From: Massalongia carnosa
Taxonomy: Eukaryota
Length of the DNA: 64,000 nt
Direction of reading: 5' to 3'
NCBI GenBank assembly: GCA_965645245.1
Contig: OZ287071.1
Span: 1,922,001 to 1,986,000 of the forward strand
The position numbers and the translations under genes are program-made. The notes below the pieces were generated by a model. The model did not search any database and had not been told where the DNA came from. It worked only from the letters and a program-made list of their open reading frames with translations. This document shows, in pieces, positions 22,600 through 37,000 of this stretch. Numbering within the stretch: position 1 is the stretch's first letter; each line of letters starts with the position of its first letter.

Positions 22600-25500
22600 T
22601 TACTGTTCGATCTCTCCCCAACCTCCAGTTTCAAAATCTCGTCATCAAGCTGACCTAGTATCCATTTTCTTGTCGCGATTTTGTTATTGACAATGAATTT
22701 AATCAAAATGTCATTTCCGATTTTTGTATTAAACAACATATTCAAGTTGATGGTAGTATCGATATTTTGTTTCATGTTTTGAATTTCATCGAAATAGTGA
22801 ATGCAATTCAATAACAAGTGTTCTGGCGTTTGTCGTTGATTGCATCGATTTGTGCATTTTGACGAATTATAATCTTTCAATCGATGTAAATAAGATCGAA
22901 AATAGCCGTGTCCGAATTTTAATTGCATAATAGTAGCAAATATCAATTTGGAACAGTTGTTTGATAAATAATAAAATCTCGATATGCCAGGTTTCATTTC
23001 GAATTTCTCGTAGTATTTGCCTTTTGATTTGCATTGTTGCCATTGATTCGTCCATGTGGTTAGCATATTTTGATTTATTTGATCTTTTACATAATCAAAT
23101 GTTATCGCCGAGGACTCGACTAGGATTTGATTATGGCCCGTCTTTGCTATTTTGTCTGCAATTTCGTTTTCGGTAATATTTGAATGACTCGGAACCCATT
23201 GCAAAATCACCTGAAAATTGCTTTCAAATAAGATTTTTGCGAGCTTTCGAATTTGTCTGGCGAAAATATGATTTGTCAAGTTCTGAATTTCGTTTATGGC
23301 GTTTATACTATCAGAAAAAATCCAAATCGTTTTTTCTAAGTTCGATAAAATATTAGTATTCGACAATTTATAGACCCATTTCATTGCTTGTAAAATCGCA
23401 TGCAGTTCAGCATTTTTAATGCTTGACTTTTTGCTTAATTTCCAGCTTTTCGAAATCGTATGATACTTAATCAGACAATCTTTTTCGATAAATCGATTAA
23501 AATTATTGATAATATTACTCCAGTTCCTTATAACTGGCGCAAATGTGACTGCAGACGTTGCAAATTCGATTTTCGATCCATCTGTATAAAGTAAAACTCG
23601 AGATTTATCGGAGTTCATTGATTTAATTTTGGATAAGGTCGAATAATAACTTGATTTAGCAGATTCCTTTGTATTTTCGATTTGAAATTCGATTTTGCAA
23701 GGCGATTTCCAAGGTTTAATAAAATGATTTGATTGTTCAAATTCATCAGTTTTGTGAACTATATCGGAAACGGAATGAAGAACGCGAATAAGCTGACTAG
23801 GATGTCGTTTATTTGTTTGTTTTTCGTCTTCGTTCTATTCGGCATATTTGTTGTTCCATAAACTTGTGTCAAAACCGATATTTTCGAATTTTATCGAATA
23901 TGTGTTTGGAATTCTTTGACAAATAGGGTTATTTTCGGCAATCTTCAATAATCGAATTGCGTATTTTTGATTTTTCATTAATAATCGAAGTTTAACTGGT
24001 AAAACATGTGATTCAATTTCCATCGCCTGAATAGGTGTGGTTTTGAAAGTTCCTAAAATCTTTCGAATCATTTGATTTTGTAGGTTCTGAAATAGTTTTT
24101 CATATTTCTTTTGACCATTATACCAAATTTCTGAGCCGTAGTCCGAAATAGGAATAATGCATGACATATAGAGCTGTCTGCATGCGGTCGGTTTCAGACC
24201 CCATTCGGATTTCATCAAATTCTGAATTGCAAAAAACGATCGATTCGCAGAAGAGATCCGCGTTTCGACGTGTTTTTTGAAATTTAGTTTTCGGTCTAAC
24301 CAGACGCCCAACCATTTGACTACATTTTTCGGTTCTAGTACTGTCCCGTTTGGTAATTCCAATGTGTCTTTCGATACATTTCTTGTCTTTTCGAAGTGAA
24401 TCAGCTCGGATTTATCGTCATCAAATTTGACATTATTCGATGCGGCCCAATCAAAGGCCGTTTTGACTATGATTTCGATTTCTTTGCAATTCTGTTTTGC
24501 AGTTTTATTTTCGACATATATTGCAACATCGTCAATAAAACTGGGAGAATGTGCATTGAATTTCATTCGTATTTTCGGAAACAAGTGACGAATGTAAATC
24601 AGAAATAGAATAGGCGAGATTGGTGAGCCTTGTGGAATTCCTGATTCGACATAATATGTTTTGCTTAAATTTTCATCAAATATCAAATTGATCGATCGCT
24701 TTGTCATGAAATGCTTGACCCATTGAATTATTATGCGAGATAATTTCAGCTTTTTCATAACATTTAGCAGTTGATTAATCGAGACAAAGTCAAATGCGCC
24801 TTTGACATCGAGTAATAAACATGATAAGACGTTTTTATTTCTATTTGCAATTTCAATATCATGAACAACGTTCATTACTGCGTCAATTGCAGAATGATTT
24901 TTGCGTCCGCCCATCTGTTCGATATCGAGTAAATTCGAATTTTCGCCGAAGTAGGCTAGTCGATTTGCAACGATTTTCTCAGCAATTTTACCAAGACAAT
25001 TTAGTAATGTGATAATTCGATATGATTTTGGAAACGAATAGTCCGATTTATTAGGTTTTTTCAGAACTGCACCGAGTCCTGTCCGCCAGCATAACGGGTG
25101 ATAACCGATTCGAATGAATTTCGAATAAATCATGAAAAACAAGTTTTTCAACGATTGAAACGATTTTTGAACAATTGTAAAATTGATTGCATCAGGTCCA
25201 CATGCTTTCTTCGGATTAAATAAACTAATCGCATTTTTCAACTCGTTTTCGGTCAAATCTGGCCAATTATCATCATTTACGCTGTCTTGATTTGATAAAT
25301 CTTCCTCATTATCGTCAATAAATGGGTTTTTTGTATACATTGCTGACACAAATGCATCGCATTTGTCACCAAACTGAACATTTAGCTTGTTTTCATGTAG
25401 AATCGGCGGTATTTTTTCGAATATTCGCGGTTTAGTGTATTTATACGCGGTAAATACATCTTTATTTGCTGCATTTTCAAGAAAAGTCAACCATGTTTGT

Positions 25501-26612
25501 TGTTTTGATTTTCGAATTGCATGAAAATACTCGATTCGACTATGTTTAAACTTTCGATGACTAAAATCGGACGGATAATTCTTCCATTCTCGACGATGTC
25601 TGCACATGGTTTTTCGAAGTTCAGTTAAATCTTTCGACCACCAATTTTTCGATTTTGCACAAATTTTCGTTTTCGGAATAAACATTTCAGCCGCGTTTTT
25701 GATAACGTTTTGCAAATATATCGCTGATTCGTCGAATTGATGATTATTCAATAAACTTTGAACTTGTGATTCGTAGATGGTTGAATTTTCGTCTAGATAC
25801 TTCGCGAATTTATTCCAATCAGCTTTATTGCAATTGTATTTATTCGATAATGCGGTTGCATGTGACGTCAAGTTTTTGAAAGATGCGATTAGTTCAAATC
25901 GGATGACTTCATGATCAGAACCTGTGACTGCGTTTTCATCGATTGACCAATTTGTAATTGCATTTTCGATTTTAGAATTTGCAAAAGTTAAATCAATAAC
26001 AGATGAAGAACTTCCAGAATGGGCGTAGTATGTACATAAGTCAGGTGTGTTTATCAAGCTACACCTGTTTAATTTCAACCATTTGACAAGATTTTCTGAT
26101 CGAATTGCTTGTTGAATTTTCGAATTCCACCAGTTATGATGTGCATTGAAATCTCCACAGATGACGAATTGATCAGTTGATTTTGGTTGTAATTGGATTA
26201 AAAGTCGATCGATCGTGTATGTTTCTCGATGACTTTGACTTTTTTCGTTATAAATATTGAAAATCTGCACTTTTCGAACTTCATAAATTGTAATTTCAAT
26301 AATTTGCATATCGGAATCGTCAATAAGATCCGTTCTAGGCGTGCATTGCAGTTTGGAATTGCCATTTGTGACAAATATAGCTACTCTCGAGCGATAAGTC
26401 GCTATTTTTGGCATAATACATGTAAATGAGGGATTTGATATTGTTTTTTGATCTCGTGTCCATGGTTCCTGAAACAAAACAATATCAATTTGATTTGATA
26501 AAGCATATTCCAAACACGATATCATTGCATTCGTTGACTTTGCACAATTATGTTGAATAAATTTAACATTTTGTGTATTTTCGATGTTTGTCAACGAATC
26601 CTGTCCTGCCAT
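22600..26612 (-). pseudogene. A2 ORF2 (APE-RT-RNase H-CCHC) with one premature TAG and a terminal 1-nt deletion
   Basis: 925-aa ORF stops at 23835 (TGG>TAG). RNase H motifs YTDGS, AEL, FSDS and QWVPSH follow. 4013 nt versus 4014 nt in B3. Confidence 0.9.
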
Positions 26613-28180
26613 TACAAAGCGGCTAATTCGTCGGTCGATTTTCGAACATTTAACGATATAACCATTTCACAATTTTCATCATTGGATTGATGATTCTTAT
26701 TGCAATTCGCGCATTTGACGACGGCGTGTGCACAAGCAATTTTTGACTTGCATGTTGTGCATTCATGATTGCGTGTTTCATGGTTTTGCGCACATATGCT
26801 GCATTTCGCTTGACTTTTGCATTGATAATGCTTGTGTCCAAATTTTTGACAATTAATGCATTGTGTGTTTGGACGAACGGAGGTAAATATTTCCGTGTCA
26901 CAATGTCGGCCCGCGATATTGACTCCTTTTAACGCGTTCAAGGCCATATTTCGATCATTGAATGTCAAAACAACGGATGATTTGATCTTGTTATGACGAT
27001 CACGTGCTAGCCATCTGGGAACATCGCATAATTGCATGTTCGAATTGAACTTTTGAATTTCGTCTTGCAAATATTGCATGTTTTCATCAAATGTTGCAAT
27101 ATTTACACCGTGTGCGACGACTTTGAACCACGATTCTTCCTTTCGAACTGTTCGTGGGTCGAATAAATGCTCCCATATTGATTTATTGTTCAATAAATCT
27201 TCAGCAGTGTTATCAGGACTAGTAGTCAGAACGATGTTTTGACCCGTTTTGGACTTTTCGACCGTGTTAACAACGATAGTCAATTTCGCGTCTTTAAAAA
27301 GCGAATTGATTTGGTTTCGAAGCAACAGTGAATCGATATCGCCGATTTGAGCTTTCGGTGTGATTATCAATCGTCGAGATTTGATCGCCTTGAAATCGTC
27401 AGTATTATCGAATTTGTTCGCATTCGAATTATTGTTGTTGTTCTTGTTTGTTTTTTTGGATCGAGGAACGGTAGTCCAATTTTCGGAATTGACAGTCGCT
27501 TTTCCGAGCATTTGGCTCCATGTTCTAGCTGTATCGTTGACCTGCGGCCCTGGGACTCCGGCGGTTTCGCTACGAATTTCTGGGTTGACGTTTTGAGTCA
27601 AATTCGAATTTCCATTTGAATTTCCCTTCGATTTTGTCTGTATAGGATGCACCGATTGTCTCTTTGTTTCTGGAATTTGGCTAGTTTGTTCTAGCACCCT
27701 ATTCAATTTCCAATCAATCATTTCTAACGTTGCTTTTGGCTTGATCGATTTCTTTGCCAGTAGAGAATTGACGTGATCGATGACCATAGCCGTTTCGGGG
27801 TTTTGATCTATTACGAATGACTCTAATAATGCATTTTTTGCCGTATTCAATAGTTGAATCGATTTTGATCGATTGATGACTTCTTGACTCTCAATCGAAT
27901 GTTCGTCAAATGTTCGTCTTTTGTTGCGTTTAATTGGTGGACTCAGTCGAATATCAGAATTCAATGATGGCATGGGCAGATTGGTACTGAATTCACCAGA
28001 TGGCGCGACAAAAGGTTTCGTTTTTGGGGTGGGTGTGGACGGTGCGGACGAAAATTCTCGCGTTTGGTCCATGGCCTCCGTGGATTCTACGGTTAGGGGG
28101 TTGCTCCGAATTATCGCTACCGAAGATGGCGTGGGGGAGTCGGTTCGGGGGGGCACGGGGGAGTACTCGGGGGGACCCAT
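26612..28180 (-). CDS. A2 ORF1
   Basis: 522 aa, same translation as 1634-3202. Confidence 0.9.
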   Translation of the reverse strand: MGPPEYSPVPPRTDSPTPSSVAIIRSNPLTVESTEAMDQTREFSSAPSTPTPKTKPFVAPSGEFSTNLPMPSLNSDIRLSPPIKRNKRRTFDEHSIESQEVINRSKSIQLLNTAKNALLESFVIDQNPETAMVIDHVNSLLAKKSIKPKATLEMIDWKLNRVLEQTSQIPETKRQSVHPIQTKSKGNSNGNSNLTQNVNPEIRSETAGVPGPQVNDTARTWSQMLGKATVNSENWTTVPRSKKTNKNNNNNSNANKFDNTDDFKAIKSRRLIITPKAQIGDIDSLLLRNQINSLFKDAKLTIVVNTVEKSKTGQNIVLTTSPDNTAEDLLNNKSIWEHLFDPRTVRKEESWFKVVAHGVNIATFDENMQYLQDEIQKFNSNMQLCDVPRWLARDRHNKIKSSVVLTFNDRNMALNALKGVNIAGRHCDTEIFTSVRPNTQCINCQKFGHKHYQCKSQAKCSICAQNHETRNHECTTCKSKIACAHAVVKCANCNKNHQSNDENCEMVISLNVRKSTDELAAL

Positions 28181-31100
28181 AGATGTTGTGGAGGGGGGCC
28201 TGGGGGAGGAGTTGTTGGTATCAATCGATTTGGTCTATGACCTATCGGGTTAAATCTTCGATTGAGCATAGTGTTTTTGCCTTTGCAATATCCCTTTTAT
28301 CGCCACCAAATAATTTATTCTGACTTTCCCCGGACGTACTAGTCAGAATAGAATTTACACCTGTTTGTTTACTGGTCAAATGACTCTTTCTTTCCTATCC
28401 CTATTTATTTGACTATAACGCGTCAAATAAATCCTAATCGGGTTAAAATAGACCGTTCCTCGCTAAGGCAGTAAGTCTTATTTAACCCTTTACCAGACAC
28501 TACAATAGGTGAAAATAATGAAAGTTTTTTTTTTGCTTTTTTCAATAAAGATAAATTTTAATGCAATGTAAGACAATAGGAGACTTCCTATTCTGATTAA
28601 TCTGAAACAGGACCTTTGGTATAATCTTATTCCAGACGTTTTTCCCCTTCTTTTCAGTGATCTGTTGACCGGCCGTTCAACGAAGATCTATAAAGCCGAA
28701 AATGGAATGTGCAAAAATTATACGTGAAATATGCTATGAAAATTTGTGCTTGCGGAAGTTCCCGTAACCTTAAATGAGGAATGAACTTTAGAAGACTCTG
28801 ACGTCGCGACAGTTGTTGTACAGTCCCGCGAGAGTAGATAATTTTTGTAGATAATTTTTATAGTAATAATTGAAGGTCATGCGACAACAGAACAGAAGAA
28901 AACAAGAAAAAAGAGCGATTTTTGGTGAGGTTGTTGGTATTTGTTGTTTTTTCCAACTTCTAGAGCGCGCTTTATCACGTCGGTCGCGTGCGACCAGCAG
29001 AAAAACTCTGCTGGAGCTTTGCTAGAGCTCTCCTACACTCAATCTGAGAGCGTTTTAACTCTGGAGGAGCGCAAATGACTGAGAAATAGAGGCTCAATTG
29101 ACTGTTAAAGTTATAGTGTATCAAAAGTTGCGGTACTTGTGTTTCTTGTTGTTCAGGCGTAGGATGGAAACGGCCTTTGATTGGGCCGTATCGAATAATG
29201 TCAAATTTGTTGACGATAAATCCGAGCTGATTCACTTCGAAAAGACAAGAAATGTATCGAAAGACACATTGGAATTACCAAACGGGACAGTACTAGAACC
29301 GAAAAATGTAGTCAAATGGTTGGGCGTCTGGTTAGACCGAAAACTAAATTTCAAAAAACACGTCGAAACGCGGATCGCTTCTGCGAATCGATCGTTTTTT
29401 GCAATTCAGAATTTGATGAAATCCGAATGGGGTCTGAAACCGACCGCATGCAGACAGCTCTATATGTCATGCATTATTCCTATTTCGGACTACGGCTCAG
29501 AAATTTGGTATAATGGTCAAAAGAAATATGAAAAACTATTTCAGAACCTACAAAATCAAATCATTCGAAAGATTTTAGGAACTTTCAAAACCACACCTGT
29601 TCAGGCGATGGAAATTGAATCACATGTTTTACCAGTTAAACTTCGATTATTAATGAAAAATCAAAAATACGCATTTGGATTATTGAAGATTGCCGAAAAT
29701 AACCCTATTTATCAAAGAATTCCAAACACATATTCGATAAAATTCGAAAATATCGGTTTTGACACAAGTTTATGGAACAAAAAATATGCCGAATGGAACG
29801 AAGACAAAAAACAAACAAATAAACGACATCCTAGTCAGCTTATTCGCGTTTTTCATTCCGTTTCCGACATAGTTCACAAAACTGATGAATTTGAACAATC
29901 AAATCATTTTATTAAACCTTGGAAATCGCCTTGCAAAATCGAATTTCAAAACGAAAATACAAAGGAATCTGCTAAATCAAGTTATTATTCGACCTTATCC
30001 AAAATTAAATCAATGAACTCCGATAAATCCCGAGTTTTACTTTATACAGATGGATCGAAAATCGAATTTGCAACGTCTTAAGTCACATTTGCGCCAATTA
30101 TAAGGAATTGGAGTAATATTATCAATAATTTTAATCGATTTATCGAAAAAGATTGTCTGATCAAGTATCATACGATTTCGAAAAGCTGGAAATTAAGCAA
30201 ACAGTCAAGCATTAAAAATGCTGAACTGCATGCGATTTTACAAGCAATGAAATTGGTCTATAAATTGTCGAATACTAAATATTTTATCGAACTTAGAAAA
30301 AACGATTTGGATTTTTTCTGATAGTATAAACGCGATAAACGAAATTCATAACTTTACAAATCATATTTTCGCCAGACAAATTCGAAAGGTCGCAAAACTC
30401 TTATTTGAAAGCAATATTCAGGTGATTTTGCAATGGGTTCCGAGTCATTCAAATATTACCGAAAACGAAATTGCAGACAAAATAGCATAGACGGGCCATA
30501 ATCAAATCCTAGTCGAGTCCTCGGCATAACATTTGATTATGTAAAAGATCAAATAAATCAAAATATGCTATTCACAAGGACGAATCAATGGCAACAATGC
30601 AAATCAAAAGTCAAATATTACGAGAAATTCGAAATGAAACCTGGCATATCGAGATTTTATTATTTATCAAACAAATGTTCCAAATTGATATATGCTACTA
30701 TTATGCAATTAAAATTCGGACACGGCTATTTTCGATCATATTTACAGCGATTGAAAGATTATAATTCATCAAAATGCATAAATCGATGCAATCAACGACA
30801 AACGCTAGAACACTTGTTATTGAATTGCATTCACTATTTCGATGAAATTCAAAACATGAACAAAATATCGATACTACGATCAACTTGAATATGTTGTTTA
30901 ATACAAAAATCGGAAATGACATTTTGATTAAATTCATTGTCAATAACAAAATCGCGACAAGAAAATGGATACTAGGTCAGCTTGATGACGAGATTTTCGA
31001 AACTGGAGGTTGGGGAGAGATCGAACAGTAAAATCAGAAACGATTTATGCTGAAACATTCACGAACTTACAAAGACAAATTTTAAAATCGATATTCTTCG

Positions 31101-31272
31101 ATTACTATAGGTTGTTACTAACACGGAGTAAAAATGGGGAAAAATTGACAATACATAGATAGATTGGTTATAAAGGGTTGATTTATTTGTAATATAGAAA
31201 TATATCCTAAAATAGTTTAGTTTCATAACCTTAGATTGAATATACTTAATGAATAAATAAAAAATAAAAAAA

Positions 31273-34029
31273 CTAAATTTATACAAATTTGTTATCACCC
31301 GTTATGTTGGCGAACAGGACTCGGTGCAGTTTTAAAAAAAACCTAATAAACCAGACTACTCGCTGCCAAAATCATATCGAATTATTACCTTACTGAATTA
31401 TCTTGGTAAAATTGCGGAGAAAATAGTTGCTAATCGACTAGCCTACCTCGGCGAAAATTCGAGCTTGTTAGATACCGAACAAATGGGCGGACGCAAAAAT
31501 CATTCTGCAATCGATGCGGTAATGAACGTCGTTCATGATATCGAAATCGCAAACCGAAACAAAAACGTTTTATTTTGTCTATTACTCGATGTCAAAGGAG
31601 CATTTGACTTTGTTTCGATTAATCAATTGCTAAATGTCATGAAAAAGCTGCATTTATCTCGCATAGTTATTCAATGGGTCAAGCATTTTATGACAAAACG
31701 ATCGATCAATTTGATATTTGATGAACACAAAAGCAAAACGTACTATATCGAATCTGGAATTCCACAAGGTTCACCAATTTCGCCAATTCTATTTTTGATT
31801 TATATTCGTTACTTATTTCCGAAAATACGAATGAAATTCAATGCTCATTCACCTAGCTTTATAGACGATGTTGCAATATATGTCGAAAATAAAACAGCCA
31901 AACAGAATTGCAAAGAAATCGAAATTATCGTCAAAACAGCTTTTGATTGGGCCGCAACGAATAATGTCAAATTTGATGACGACAAATCTGAGTTGATTCA
32001 CTTCGAAAAGTCAAGAAATGCATCAAAAGACAAAGTGCAATTACCAAACGGGACAATACTAGAACCGAAAAATTCTGTCAAATGGTTAGGAGTCTGGTTA
32101 GACCGAAAACTAAATTACAAAAAACACGTCGAACGCGAATTGCTTCTGCAAATCGATCGTTTTTCGCAATTCAAAATTTTATGAAGTCTGAATGGGGACT
32201 AAAGCCAACTGAATGCAGACAGCTCTATTTGTCATGCATTATTCCTATTTCGGACTATGGTTCAGAAATTTGGTATAACGGTCAAAAGAAATATGAAAAG
32301 CTATTTCAGAATCTGCAAAATCGAATGATTCGAAAGATTTTAGGCACATTCAAAACCACGCCTGTTTAGGCGATGAAAATTGAATCTCATATTTTACCAG
32401 CCAAGCTACGATTGTTGATGAAAAATGAAAAATACACAATTCGATTATTGAAGATTGCCGAAAATAATCCTATTTGTCAAAGAATTCCCAGTACCTATTC
32501 GGTGAAATTCGAAAACATTGGTTTTGACACTAGTTTATGGAAGAACAGATATGCTGAATGGAACGAAGACGAGAAAAAATCGAGTAAACCTCATCCTAGT
32601 CAGCTTATCCGTATTCTTCATTCCGTTTAGGATATAGTTCACAAAACTGATGAATTCGAATCAGTACATAATTTCATCAAACCATGGAAGCCGTCTTGTA
32701 AAATCAAGTTCCAAATCGAAAGATCAAAAGAAACAGCAAAGTCAAGTTATTATTCGACTTTATTAAAAATTCAATCAATAAACGCCGATAAATCGCAAAT
32801 GTTACTCTATACCGATAGATCAAAAACCGAGTTTTCAACTTCCGCTTTCACATTTGCACCAATTACGCGAAATTGGAACTATTTCACCAATAACTTCAAT
32901 CGTTTTATCGAAAAAGATTGTCTCCTCAAACATCATACGATTTCGAAAAGCTGGAAATTAAACAAACAGTCAAGCGTTAAAAACGCTGAACTGTATGCGA
33001 TACTACAAGCAATAAAATGGGCATACAAATTGACAATTACGAATAATCTCTTCAATTTGGAAAAAACGATTTGAATTTTTTCCGATAGCATAAACGCGAT
33101 AAACGAAATTCAGAACTTGACAAATCATACTTACGCAAAACAAATTCGAAAATTCTCGAAATGCTTATTCGGAAACAATTATCAGGTGGTTCTACAATGG
33201 ATTCCTAGTCATTCGAAAATCTTCGAAAATGAAATTGCAGATAAAGCAGCAAAAGCGGGACACAGTCGAATCCTAGTCGAGTCTTCGATAATAACATTTG
33301 ATTATGTAAAGGGTCAAATAAATCGAAATATGTTAGCCACATAGGCGAATCAATGGCAATAATGCAAGTCAAAAGGCAAATACTATGAGAAATTCGAAAT
33401 GCAGCCGGGCAAATCGAGTTTTTATTATCTGTCGAATAATTGTTCGAAATTAATATTTGCGACTATTCTGCAAATGAAATTCGGACACGGTTATTTTCGA
33501 TCATATCTGCACCGATTGAAAGATTATAATTCGTCAAAATGCACAGGGCGCTGCAACGAACGTCAAACGCCAGAACACTTATTGACGAATTGCATACATT
33601 ATTCAAATGAAAGCCTAAACATGAAATAAAATATCGATACCACAATTACTTTAAAAATGTTGTTTAATACTAGGATCTGAAATAATATTTTGATTAAATT
33701 TATTGTTGATAACAAAATCGCGACTAGAAAATGGATGCTAGGTCAGCTCGATGACGAAAATATCGAGACGGGAGGTTGGGGAGAGATCGAACAGTAAAAT
33801 TAGAAATGATTTATGCTGGAATACTTACGAGCTTTACAAAAACAAATTGTAAAATCGATATTTCGATTACTAAAGGTTGTTACTAACACGGAGTAAAAAC
33901 GGGGCAATATTGACGATACATAGTTGGGTTATAAATGGTTGATTTATTTGTAAAATAAAACCATATCTTAAAATAGTTTAGTGTCATAACCTTAGGTTGA
34001 ATACACTTAATGAATAAATAAATAAAAAA
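31273..34029 (+). mobile_element. Degenerate B-type LINE 3' half (B2), host of X
   Basis: RT-RNase H-CCHC fragments with many stops; B-type 3'UTR and tail. Confidence 0.88.
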
Positions 34030-37000
34030 TCGATTTGCCAGGTTGCATATCAAATTTCTCGTAATATTTGCCTTTCGACCTGTATCGTTGCCATTGATTC
34101 GTCCATTTGTTTACCGTATTTTGATGAATTTGACTTTTCAAGTAGTCAAATGTGATCGCCGAGGACTCCGCTATGATTTGACTGTGTCCTGCTTTCGCCG
34201 TTTTGTCTGCAATTTCATTTTCGATAATTTTCGAATGACTAGGAATCCATTGCAGAATTATCTGAAGTTGTTTTCGAATAAACATTTTGCAATCTTTCGA
34301 ATTTGCTTCGCATAAATATGATTTGTTAAATGTTGAATTTCGTTTATCGCGTTCAAACTATCGGAAAAAATCCATATTGTTTTTTCTAAATTCGATAATA
34401 TATTCTCGTTCGTTAACTTGTATACCCATTTCACTGCTTGTAAAATCGCATGAAGTTCAGCATTTTTAATGCTTGACTGTTTGCTCAATTTCCAGCTTTT
34501 CGAAATTGTATGATGATTGATAAGGCAATCTTTTTCGATAAAGTGATCGAAATCATCGATAAAATAGTTCCATTTTCGCATAATTGGTGCAAATGTGAGC
34601 ACAGAAGATGCAAATTCTACTTTTGATACATCCGTATAAAGTAATATTTGTGATATTTCGGAATTCATAGATTGAATTTTGGACAAAGTCGAATAATAAA
34701 TTGATTTTGCTGTTTCTTTTGAGTTTTGGATTTGAAATTCGATTTTACACGACAACTTCCATGGTTTTATAAAGTTATTTGATTGTTCGAATTCATCAGT
34801 TTTGTGAACTATGTCCGAAAAGGAGTGCAAAACACGAATAAGCTGACTAGGATATCGATTATTTGTTTGTTTTTTGTCTTCGTTCTATTCAGCATATTTT
34901 ATGTTCTATAAGCTAGTATCAAAACCGATGTTTTCGAATTTCATCGAATATGTGTTTGGAATTCTTTGACAAATGGGATTATTTTCGGCAATCTTCAACA
35001 ATCGAATGGCATATTTTTGATTTTTCATCAATAATCGTAGTATGACTGGTCGAATGAATATGCGATTCAATTTCCATCGCCTGAACAGGTGTGGTTTTGC
35101 ATGTTCCTAAAATCTTTCGAATCATACGATTTTGCAAATTCTGAAATAGTTTCTCATATTTCTGTTGACCATTTTCCCCAAATTTCTGAACAATAATCCG
35201 AAATAGGAACGTGCATGACCAATAAAGCTGTCTACATACAGTAGGTTTAAGACCATACTCTGATTTCATCAAATTTTATATCCCAAAGAATGACCGATTT
35301 GCAGAAGAAATTCGAGTTTCGTCGTATTTTTTGTAATTCAGTTTTCGATCTAGCCAGATTCCCAACCATTTGACTACATTTTTCGGTTCCAGTATAGTTC
35401 CGTTTGGTAATTGCAGCGTGTCTTTCGATGCATTTCTTGTCTTTTCGAAGTGAATCAGTTCGGATTTTTCGTCATCAAATTTGACATTATTCGATGCGGC
35501 CCAATCAAATGCAGTTTTAACTATGATTTCGATTTCTTTCCAATTCTGTTTTGCAGTTTTGTTTTCGACATATATTGCAACATCGTCTATAAAACTAGGA
35601 GAATGTGCATTGAAGTTCATTCGTATTTTCGGAAACAAGTGACGAATGTAAATCAGAAGTAGAATATGCGAGATTGGTGAGCCTTGTGGAATTCCTGATT
35701 CGACATAATAGGTTTTGCTTTTATTTTCATCGAATATTAGATTGACCGATCGTTTTGTCATAAAATTTTTGACCCATTGAATAACTATGCGAGATAATTT
35801 CAGGTTTTTCATGACATTTAACAGCTGATTAATCGATACAAAGTCAAATATGTCTTTGATGTCGAGTAATAAACATGATAAAACGTTCTTTTTTCGGTTC
35901 GCTATTTCGATATCATGAACGACGGTCATTACTGCGTCAATTGCAGTGTGATTTTTGAGTCCGCCCATCTGTTCGATGTCTAATAAATTCGAATTCTCGC
36001 CGAAGTAGGCAAGGCGATTTGCAACGATTTTCTCAGCAATTTTACCAAGACAGTTTAATAAAGTGTTAATCCGATATGATTTTGGCAGCGAATAATCTGA
36101 TTTATTAGGTTTTTTCAAAACTGCACCGAGTCCTGTTCGCCAGCATAACGGATGATAACCGGTTTGAGTGAATTTTGAATAGATCATAAAAAACACGTTT
36201 TTCAACGATTGAAACGATTTTTGAACAATTGTAAAATTGATTGCATCAGGTCCACATGCTTTTTTCGGATTAAACAAACTAATCGTATTTTGGAACTCGT
36301 TTTCGGTCAAATCCGGCCAATTATTGTCATCTTCGTTGTCTTGATTCGATAAGTCTTCGACATTATCGTCTATAAATGGGTTTTTTGTGTACATTGCTGC
36401 TAGAAATGCATCGCATTTGTCATCGAATTGAACATTTAACTCATTTTCATATTGAATTGGTGGTATTTTTTCGAATATGCGCGGTTTAGTGTATTTATAC
36501 GCTGTAAATACGTCTTTATTCGCTGCATTTTCTAAAAAAGTCAACCAAGTTTGTTGTTTTGCTTTTCGAATTGTATGAAAATATTCGATTCGGCTATGTT
36601 TAAAGGTTCTATGACTAAAATCTGAGGGATAATTCTTCCATTCTCGTCGATGTCTAGACATAATTTTTCGGAGTTCAGTTAAATCTTGCGACCACCAATT
36701 TTTTGATTTTGCACATATTTTGGTCTTCGGAATAAACATTTCAACTGCGTCTTTAATAATATCTTGCAAATAGATCGCTCATTCGTCGAATTAATGATTA
36801 TTCAATAAACTTTGAACATGTGTTTCGTAGTTTATTGAATTTTCATCTAGAAACTTCGCGAACTTGTCCCAATCGGCTTTATTGCAATTGTATTTGTTTG
36901 ATAATGCGGTTGCATGTGTCGTCAAACTCTTGAAAGATGCGATTAATTCAAATCGAATGACTTCATGATCTGAACCTGTGACTGCGTTTTCATCGATTGA

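Larger units (their letters stand above)
22365..29166 (-). mobile_element. Near full-length A-type LINE, copy A2 (6.8 kb)
   Basis: TSD GAAACGGCCTTTG at 22352-22364 and 29167-29179. Empty site at ~4796-4808. Confidence 0.95.
21134..31272 (+). pseudogene. Inverted duplicate of LINE X ORF2 through its 3' tail, split by A2 (21134-22364 and 29167-31272)
   Basis: Shares private changes with 4228-6026 (WAVSNNVKFVDDK; NNEEDYQIKTAK frameshift). A tail ends at 31272. Confidence 0.9.

Noticed and set aside
16240..31272. Right arm as a 3' transduction of B plus X
   Set aside because: No TSD: the flanks are X ORF1 on one side and B2 ORF2 on the other, so DNA-level inverted duplication fits better.
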